Below are positions 54,401 through 64,000 of a stretch of 64,000 nt of DNA, in pieces. The notes under the pieces are model-generated. The model worked only from the letters and a program-made list of their open reading frames with translations, was not told the origin of the DNA and ran no database searches. Source of the DNA: Eledone cirrhosa (taxonomy: Eukaryota). Each line of letters starts with the position of its first letter. The stretch's first letter is position 1. The DNA is taken from assembly GCA_964016885.1 (NCBI GenBank), contig OZ024740.1:423584001-423648000 (forward strand), given 5' to 3'. The position numbers and the translations under genes were made by a program.

Positions 54401-56194
54401 TGTAGTGGTATTGACTAATGTACTCCAATCTAATTCTATATAAGACTGTAGTGGTATTGACTAATGTACTCCAATCTAATTCAATATAAGACTGTAGTGG
54501 TATTGACTAATGTACTCCAATCTAATTCAATATAAGACTGTAGTGGTATTGACTAATGTACTCCAATCTAATTCTATGTAAGACTGTAGTGGTATTGACT
54601 AATGTACTCCAATCTAATTCTATATAAGACTGTAGTAGTATTGACTAATGTACTCCAATCTAATTCTATATAAGACTGTAGTGGTATTGACTAATGTACT
54701 CCAATCTAATTCTATATAAGACTGTAGTGGTATTGACTAATGTAGTCCAAGCTAATTCAATATAAGACTGTAGTGGTATTGACTAGTGTACTCCAATCTA
54801 ATTCTATATAAGACTGTAGTGGTATTGACCAATGTACTCCAATCTAATTCTATATAAAACTGTAGTGGTATTGACTAATGTACTCCAATCTAATTCAATA
54901 TAAGACTGTAGTGGTATTGACTAATGTACTCCAATCTAATTCTATATAAGACTGTAGTGGTATTGACTAATGTAGTCCAATCTAATTTTATATAAGACTG
55001 TAGTGGTATTGACTAATATACTCCAATCTAATTCTATGTAAGACTGTAGTGGTATTGACTAATGTAGTCCAATCTAATTCAATATAAGACTGTAGTGGTA
55101 TTGACTAATGTACTCCAATCTAATTCTATATAAGACTGTAGTGGTATTGACTAATGTACTCCAATCTAATTCAATATAAGACTGTAGTGGTATTGACTAA
55201 TGTACTCCAATCTAATTCAATATAAGACTGTAGTGGTATTGACTAATGTACTCCAATCTAATTCTATGTAAGACTGTAGTGGTATTGACTGATGTACTCC
55301 AATCTAATTCTATATAAGACTGTAGTAGTATTGACTAATGTACTCCAATCTAATTCTATATAAGACTGTAGTGGTATTGACTAATGTACTCCAATCTAAT
55401 TCTATATAAGACTGTAGTGGTATTGACTAATGTAGTCCAATCTAATTCAATATAAGACTGTAGTGGTATTGACTAGTGTACTCCAATCTAATTCTATATA
55501 AGACTGTAGTGGTATTGACCAATGTACTCCAATCTAATTCTATATAAAACTGTAGTGGTATTGACTAATGTACTCCAATCTAATTCAATATAAGACTGTA
55601 GTGGTATTGACTAATGTACTCCAATCTAATTCTATATAAGACTGTAGTGGTATTGACTAATGTACTCCAATCTAATTCTATATAAGACTGTAGTGGTATT
55701 GACTAATGTACTCCAATCTAATTCTATATAAGACTGTAGTGGTAGTGACTAATGTAGTCCAATCTAATTCTATATAAGACTGTAGTGGTATTGACTAATG
55801 TACTCCAATCTAATTCTATATAAGACTGTAGTGGTATTGACTAATGTAGTCCAATCTAATTCTATATAAGACTGTAGTGGTATTGACTAATGTACTCCAA
55901 TCTAATTCTATATAAGACTGTAGTGGTACTGACTAATGTACTCCAATCTAATTTTATATAAGACTGTAGTGGTATTGACTAATGTAGTCCAATCTAATTC
56001 TATATAAGATTGTAGTGGTATTGACTAATGTAGTCCAATCTAATTCTATATAAGACTGTAGTGGTATTGACTAATGTACTCCAATCTAATTCTATATAAG
56101 ACTGTAGTGGTACTGACTAATGTACTCCAATCTAATTCTATATAAGACTGTAGTGGTATTGACTAATGTAGTCCAATCTAATTCTATATAAGAC
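6469..56194. repeat. 46-bp satellite DNA, left array (~1,080 monomers by length)
   Basis: Consensus AAGACTGTAGTGGTATTGACTAATGTA[C/G]TCCAATCTAATTCTATAT in head-to-tail tandem, single orientation, sharp left edge. Confidence 0.99.
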
Positions 56195-56744
56195 TTTAGC
56201 AGTATTAGTTGTAGATGTTATCACCACTTTAGCAGGGTGGTAGAATCAGTGGTCGTTAGTTGCCAGTGTGGTAAGTGATAGTATCCTCGTCGGATTATCT
56301 TGTCGACATAGATGTGAGGGAAGGTCCCTCGATCTATTTACCATCTATTTACACTATTCCTTTCGTCAGGTCGCCAATTCCAGCAGCATGGATTAAAGAT
56401 GTTATTGAGACACGAGTAAAACAACGACTTCAACCGCAGTAATTAGAGATGCAATGTTTGTTTATTTATATGGTTGAAGTTACAGATAAAAAGAGGTTAC
56501 ATTAGGGAATGTGCCATTGCGCCGTTAATCCGGCGAGGCTAGTGGTGCAATATCTCACTGTTACATTATGCGTGTTACTGGCTCGAAGTTTCCGGTACAA
56601 GCTAGAGATTCTTCAAATCTTCGCGGGGAATTTCTTCCTCAGGGCGTGTAGGGATACATCCTCTTCTACTGGCGCTGATTGGCTGAACTGAGCCAAATCA
56701 CGGACAGAGAATGTATGTGAGCCCGCGGAATGTAGGTCACTACA
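56195..56744 (-). repeat. 3' LTR (550 bp)
   Basis: Direct repeat of 58322-58871 with 10 substitutions counted by eye. On the minus strand it starts TGTAGTGACC and ends CTGCTAAA; AATAAA at 56461-66. Confidence 0.95.
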
Positions 56745-56758
56745 TCACCTCCAACCAG
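56745..56758 (-). other. Putative polypurine tract
   Basis: Minus strand CTGGTTGGAGGTGA directly abuts the TG start of the 3' LTR; only moderately purine-rich. Confidence 0.55.
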
Positions 56759-58307
56759 ATTTTCAGTTGAAAATCGATAACGATGAAACCAAGGACTCAC
56801 ATATTAAATCAGCAAGAACAAATGCTGAAAGAGCGCATCAGTGAAAAAAATAATTGAGCAGAAGGTTGCATGCAAGAACAAAAAATGAGGTGCTACGGGC
56901 CGTGTTGAGCCGCTGTGTCAAATGACCAGTTGTTTTGTTGTTTATACGTGACCGCCAAAGGTCTAACAAAAAACGGATAAAGTCTGACATGGGCGAAGTT
57001 GCTGTTCTTGCATTAAATGTTAATGGTAAGCGTTGTACCAGTAGCTGTGAACGAAGCTATTATGGTAGTTTACCAGTTCTGGCGAGAAAATGATGGCCCC
57101 CAGATGTATTGTCGAATGTGCTGTGGAGCCAGGAAAAAATGGCTGGTTGCTTTGTAAAGAACAAAAGGCAAGTTTAATTTGTAGGTGGGTTGCAGTGTAA
57201 ATTCCATAATTTGGGCGAATCCACAGAAGTGGCCGAAATGCTAACAAGTCCAGTTCAATTTGTTGCTTTCCCAGCGAGTCGGGCAAAAACAACAAGACGG
57301 ATGGCCGTCATGGACGATCAGTGTACAACGAGATGCGAAGCTGTTTGAGTTCAGCGGCAATTAGTATTCTCGTGTTGCGGTGACTGTTTGAATCCAGTGG
57401 ATTAAGCTCTGTGAGCTGCCAGCATCTCAACCAGGTGAAAAGGGACTCGCAGAATATTACGTTTGAAGAACATGTACCAAGAACAACATGTTGGTGTGTG
57501 ATAAAAAAAATGTGTGCATATGCAGGCATGTAAAACAGCAAAGAATGTGAATGAACAAAAACCATGAGCAAGCAAATAGCAAAAGAACACAAAACAAGTA
57601 AATGCATTCTACAAAGAAATATGTGAATGTAACAAACTGATAATTCAAAGTCAATCTAGGGGAGCAGAGAAATTGCTCAATAAGTTCAAAGTTTTTCAAA
57701 GTCAAATAGTTCACACATCACCAGTGTACAGACACTAGTTCTATCTGAAAACTGAAAAAGAAGTTTGTTAATGCCGTTAGGGGTTAGATGTATGGTGTTT
57801 TTGTGAGATTTCGTGGCCATTTTCCCGTCCCGCCACACGGTTGTGCTGCTTATTGTTAAAGCAAAGTCAAAAAATCTTCTGTAGAGTAGGAGTCACCAAA
57901 TATGGCAGTCACGTCTGACGCCATAATGGTGAGAAAACTACTGTCTCAATTTCTCGCGTCCCTGTGGTAACGAGACAGAAGGTATGGTGGTTGCGTCGGT
58001 AAAGTTACAAGCCGTTTTGAAATTTCCGATGTGTGGTGGTTGGCGTTGGTAAGGTTATGAAGCTGCCACTCACTGTTCCCTGTATTGGTCAGTGGTTAAA
58101 CAATGCTGTCGCTGCTGCTGTCATTGTTGTTGTCAAGCGTAGCCATGACATGTCGGTAGCCATCTTGAAATTTTTTCGTGGCGAAAAAGTTTTTGAAATA
58201 CTGCTAATTTTTCAAAAATCTTAAAAGGAATATTCTGGATTTTCGCAAGTTGTGACGTGGCAATAAAAGTTAAACTGAATGAATAAGAAGGGCTGCGTGA
58301 TATTCTT

Positions 58308-58320
58308 ACGTCGGTCACCA
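58308..58320 (-). other. Primer binding site, tRNA-Trp-like
   Basis: Minus strand TGGTGACCGACGT lies 1 nt after the 5' LTR. It matches the complement of the animal tRNA-Trp 3' end (TGGTGACCCCGACGT) with a 2-nt deletion. Confidence 0.75.
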
Positions 58321-58321
58321 C

Positions 58322-58871
58322 TTTAGCAGTATTAGTTGTAGATGTTATCGCCACTTTAGCAGGGTGGTAGAATCAGTGATCGTTAGTTGCCAGTGTGGTA
58401 AGTGATAGTATCCTCGTCGGATTATCTTGTCGACATAGACGTGAGGGAAGGTCCCTCGATCTATTTACCATCTATTTACAATATTCCTTTCGTCAGGTCG
58501 CCAATTCCAGCAGCATGGATTAAAGATGTTATTGAGACACAAGTAAAACAACGACTTCAACCGCAGTAATTAGAGATGCAATGTTTGTTTATTTATATGG
58601 TTGAAGTTACAGATAAAAAGAGGTTACATTAGGGAATGTGCCATTGCGCCGTTAAGCCGGCGAAGCTAGTGGTGCAATATCTCACTGTTACATTATGCGT
58701 GTTGCTGGCTCGAAGTTTCCGGTACAAGCTAGAGATTCTTCAAATCTTCGCGGGGAATTTCTTCCTCAGGGCGCGTAGGGATACATCCTCTTCTACTGGC
58801 GCTGATTGGCTGAACTGAGCCAAATCACGCACAGAGAATGTATGTGAGCCCGCGGAATGTAGGTCACTACA
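58322..58871 (-). repeat. 5' LTR (550 bp)
   Basis: Direct repeat of 56195-56744, adjacent to the PBS. Confidence 0.95.
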
Positions 58872-61800
58872 AGACTGTAGTGGTATTGACTAATGAAGTC
58901 CAATCTAATTCTATATAAGACTGTAGTGGTATTGACTAATGTACTCCAATCTAATTCTATATAAGACTGTAGTGGTACTGACTAATGTACTCCAATCTAA
59001 TTCTATATAAGACTGTAGTGGTATTGACTAATGTAGTCCAATCTAATTCTATATAAGACTGTAGTGGTATTGACTAATGTAGTCCAATCTAATTCTATAT
59101 AAGACTGTAGTGGTATTGACTAATGTACTCCAATCTAATTCTATATAAGACTGTAGTGGTATTGACTAATGTACTCCAATGTAATTCTATATAAGACTGT
59201 AGTGGTATTGACTAATATACTCCAATCTAATTCTATATAAGACTGTAGTGGTATTGACTAATGTACTCCAATCTAATTCTATATAAGACTGTAGTGGTAT
59301 TGACTAATGTAGTCCAATCTAATTCTATATAAGACTGTAGTGGTATTGACTAATATACTCCAATCCAATTCTATATAAGACTGTAGTGGTATTGACTAAT
59401 GTACTCCAATCTAATTCTATATAAGACTGTAGTGGTATTGACTAACGTACTCCAATCTAATTCTATATAAGACTGTAGTGGTACTGACTAATGTACTCCA
59501 ATCTAATTCTATATAAGACTGTAGTGGTATTGACTAATGTAGTCCAATCTAATTCTATATAAGACTGTAGTGGTATTGACTAATGTAGTCCAATCTAATT
59601 CTATATAAGACTGTAGTGGTATTGACTAATGTACTCCAATCTAATTCTATATAAGACTGTAGTGGTACTGACTAATGTACTCCAATCTAATTCTATATAA
59701 GACTGTAGTGGTATTGACTAATGTAGTCCAATCTAATTCTATATAAGACTGTAGTGGTATTGACTAATGTAGTCCAATCTAATTCTATATAGGACTGTAG
59801 TGGTATTGACTATGTACTCCAATCTAACTCTATATAAGACTGAAGTGGTACTGGCTAATGTACTCCAATCTAATTCTATATAAGACTGTAGTGGTATTGA
59901 CTAATGTACTCCAATCTAATTCTATATAAGACTGTAGTGGTATTGACTAATGTAATCCAATCTAATTCTATATAAGACTGTAGTGGTATTGACTAATGTA
60001 GTCCAACCTATTTCTATATAAGACTGTAGTTGTATTGACTAATGTAGTCCAATCTAATTCTATATAAGACTGTAGTGGTATTGACTAATATACTCCAATC
60101 TAATTCTATATAAGACTGTAGTGGTATTGACTAATGTAGTCCAATCTAATTCTATATAAGACTGTAGTGGTATTGACTATGTACTCCAATCTAACTCTAT
60201 ATATGACTGAAGTGGTACTGGCTAATGTACTCCAATCTAATTCTATATAAGACTGTAGTGGTATTGACTAATGTAGTCCAAACTAATTCTATATAAGACT
60301 GTAGTGGTATTGATTAATGTAGTCCAATCTAATTCTATATAAGACTGTAGTGGTATTGACTAATATACTCCAATCTAATTCTATATAAGACTGTAGTGGT
60401 ACTGACTAATGTAGTCCAATCTAATTCTATATAAGACTGTAGTGGTATTGATTAATGTACTCCAATCTAATTCTATATAAGACTGTAGTGGTATTGATTA
60501 ATGTACTCCAATCTAATTCTATATAAGACTGTAGTGGTATTGACTAATGTACTCCAATCTAATTCTATATAAGACTGTAGTGGTACTGACTAATGTACTC
60601 CAATCTAATTCTATATAAGACTGTAGTGGTATTGATTAATGTAGTCCAATCTAATTCTATATAAGACTGTAGTGGTATTGACTAATGTACTCCAATCTAA
60701 TTCTATATAAGACTGTAGTGGTACTGACTAATGTAGTCCAATCTAATTCTATATAAGACTGTAGTGGTATTGATTAATGTACTCCAATCTAATTCTATAT
60801 AAGACTGTAGTGGTATTGATTAATGTACTCCAATCTAATTCTATATAAGACTGTAGTGGTATTGACTAATGTACTCCAATCTAATTCTATATAAGACTGT
60901 AGTGGTACTGACTAATGTACTCCAATCTAATTCTATATAAGACTGTAGTGGTATTGATTAATGTAGTCCAATCTAATTCTATATAAGACTGTAGTGGTAT
61001 TGACTAATGTACTCCAATCTAATTCTATATAAGACTGTAGTGGTACTGACTAATGTACTCCAATCTAATTCTATATAAGACTGTAGTGGTATTGACTAAT
61101 GTAGTCCAATCTAATTCTATATAAGACTGTAGTGGTATTGACTAATGTACTCCAATCTAATTCTATATAAGACTGTAGTGGTACTGACTAATGTAGTCCA
61201 ATCTAATTCTATATAAGACTGTAGTGGTATTGACTAATGTACTCCAATCTAATTCTATATAAGACTGTAGTGGTACTGACTAATGTAGTCCAATCTAATT
61301 CTATATAAGACTGTAGTGGTATTGACTAATGTACTCCAATCTAATTCTATATAAGACTGTAGTGGTACTGACTAATGTAGTTCAATCTAATTCTATATAA
61401 GACTGTAGTGGTATTGACTAATGTAGTCCAATCTAATTCTATATAAGACTGTAGTGGTATTGACTAATGTACTCCAATCTAATTCTATATAAGACTGTAG
61501 TGGTACTGACTAATGTACTCCAATCTAATTCTATATAAGACTGTAGTGGTATTGACTAATGTACTCCAATCTAATTCTATATAAGACTGTAGTGGTACTG
61601 ACTAATGTACTCCAATCTAATTCTATATAAGACTGTAGTGGTATTGACTAATGTACTCCAATCTAATTCTATATAAGACTGTAGTGGTACTGACTAATGT
61701 ACTCCAATCTAATTCTATATAAGACTGTAGTGGTATTGACTAATGTAGTCCAATCTAATTCTATATAAGACTGTAGTGGTATTGATTAATGTACTCCAAT

Positions 61801-64000
61801 CTAATTCTATATAAGACTGTAGTGGTATTTACTAATGTAGTCCAATCTAATTCTATATAAGACTGTAGTGGTATTGACTAATGTAGTCCAATCTAATTCT
61901 ATATAAGACTGTAGTGGTATTGACTAATGTACTCCAATCTAATTCTATATAAGACTGTAGTGGTACTGACTAATGTACTCCAATCTAATTCTATATAAGA
62001 CTGTAGTGGTATTGACTAATGTAGTCCAATCTAATTCTATATAAGACTGTAGTGGTATTGACTAATGTAGTCCAATCTAATTCTATATAGGACTGTAGTG
62101 GTATTGACTATGTACTCCAATCTAACTCTATATAAGACTGAAGTGGTACTGGCTAATGTACTCCAATCTAATTCTATATAAGACTGTAGTGGTATTGACT
62201 AATGTACTCCAATCTAATTCTATATAAGACTGTAGTGGTATTGACTAATGTAATCCAATCTAATTCTATATAAGACTGTAGTGGTATTGACTAATGTAGT
62301 CCAACCTATTTCTATATAAGACTGTAGTTGTATTGACTAATGTAGTCCAATCTAATTCTATATAAGACTGTAGTGGTATTGACTAATATACTCCAATCTA
62401 ATTCTATATAAGACTGTAGTGGTATTGACTAATGTAGTCCAATCTAATTCTATATAAGACTGTAGTGGTATTGACTATGTACTCCAATCTAACTCTATAT
62501 ATGACTGAAGTGGTACTGGCTAATGTACTCCAATCTAATTCTATATAAGACTGTAGTGGTATTGACTAATGTAGTCCAAACTAATTCTATATAAGACTGT
62601 AGTGGTATTGATTAATGTAGTCCAATCTAATTCTATATAAGACTGTAGTGGTATTGACTAATATACTCCAATCTAATTCTATATAAGACTGTAGTGGTAC
62701 TGACTAATGTAGTCCAATCTAATTCTATATAAGACTGTAGTGGTATTGATTAATGTACTCCAATCTAATTCTATATAAGACTGTAGTGGTATTGATTAAT
62801 GTACTCCAATCTAATTCTATATAAGACTGTAGTGGTATTGACTAATGTACTCCAATCTAATTCTATATAAGACTGTAGTGGTACTGACTAATGTACTCCA
62901 ATCTAATTCTATATAAGACTGTAGTGGTATTGATTAATGTAGTCCAATCTAATTCTATATAAGACTGTAGTGGTATTGACTAATGTACTCCAATCTAATT
63001 CTATATAAGACTGTAGTGGTACTGACTAATGTAGTCCAATCTAATTCTATATAAGACTGTAGTGGTATTGATTAATGTACTCCAATCTAATTCTATATAA
63101 GACTGTAGTGGTATTGATTAATGTACTCCAATCTAATTCTATATAAGACTGTAGTGGTATTGACTAATGTACTCCAATCTAATTCTATATAAGACTGTAG
63201 TGGTACTGACTAATGTACTCCAATCTAATTCTATATAAGACTGTAGTGGTATTGATTAATGTAGTCCAATCTAATTCTATATAAGACTGTAGTGGTATTG
63301 ACTAATGTACTCCAATCTAATTCTATATAAGACTGTAGTGGTACTGACTAATGTACTCCAATCTAATTCTATATAAGACTGTAGTGGTATTGACTAATGT
63401 AGTCCAATCTAATTCTATATAAGACTGTAGTGGTATTGACTAATGTACTCCAATCTAATTCTATATAAGACTGTAGTGGTACTGACTAATGTAGTCCAAT
63501 CTAATTCTATATAAGACTGTAGTGGTATTGACTAATGTACTCCAATCTAATTCTATATAAGACTGTAGTGGTACTGACTAATGTAGTCCAATCTAATTCT
63601 ATATAAGACTGTAGTGGTATTGACTAATGTACTCCAATCTAATTCTATATAAGACTGTAGTGGTACTGACTAATGTAGTTCAATCTAATTCTATATAAGA
63701 CTGTAGTGGTATTGACTAATGTAGTCCAATCTAATTCTATATAAGACTGTAGTGGTATTGACTAATGTACTCCAATCTAATTCTATATAAGACTGTAGTG
63801 GTACTGACTAATGTACTCCAATCTAATTCTATATAAGACTGTAGTGGTATTGACTAATGTACTCCAATCTAATTCTATATAAGACTGTAGTGGTACTGAC
63901 TAATGTACTCCAATCTAATTCTATATAAGACTGTAGTGGTATTGACTAATGTACTCCAATCTAATTCTATATAAGACTGTAGTGGTACTGACTAATGTAC
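58872..64000. repeat. 46-bp satellite DNA, right array (~110 monomers, runs off the window)
   Basis: Same monomer resumes in exact register after the TSD. Confidence 0.99.

Larger units (their letters stand above)
56195..58871 (-). mobile_element. Non-autonomous LTR retrotransposon (Gypsy-like), 2,677 bp, TSD AGAC
   Basis: Two 550-bp direct repeats; AGAC duplicated at 56191-94 and 58872-75; PBS and PPT on the minus strand; no ORF above ~100 aa in the 1,577-bp internal region. Confidence 0.92.

Noticed and set aside
56509-58818. Short ORFs in the LTRs and internal region as gag/env or accessory genes
   Set aside because: All are 60-99 aa with no recognisable motif; the duplicated 60-aa ORF only reflects LTR identity. 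A faint gag-like DSPKLW near 57200-57225 (minus strand) is too weak to call.
6469-64000. 46-bp array as a CRISPR array
   Set aside because: Monomers are contiguous with no unique spacers, there are no cas genes, and the context is eukaryotic.

Overview
Gene-free, repeat-dominated eukaryotic (animal) DNA. The SINE/LINE types resemble those I recall from cephalopod (Octopus-like) genomes, but this is an inference. The first 6.5 kb is a patchwork of retroelement remnants: a CR1/L2-type LINE 3' end whose ORF2 C-terminus has expanded into a 61-bp minisatellite; a 229-bp-arm palindrome carrying two divergent minimal type I hammerhead ribozymes (Penelope-like) set between (TA)n tracts; a 5'-truncated RTE LINE with a PHD-like finger, cut off by a foldback/MITE-like hairpin; several SINEs; and microsatellites. 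From about 6469 to the window end runs a 46-bp satellite of roughly 1,190 monomers (estimated from length) with nested higher-order duplications. It is interrupted once, at 56195-58871, by a 2.7-kb non-autonomous Gypsy-like LTR element (550-bp LTRs, 4-bp TSD, tRNA-Trp-like PBS) whose termini resemble the satellite target site. No intact host gene, RNA gene or CRISPR array is supported. All coordinates and counts were read by eye.
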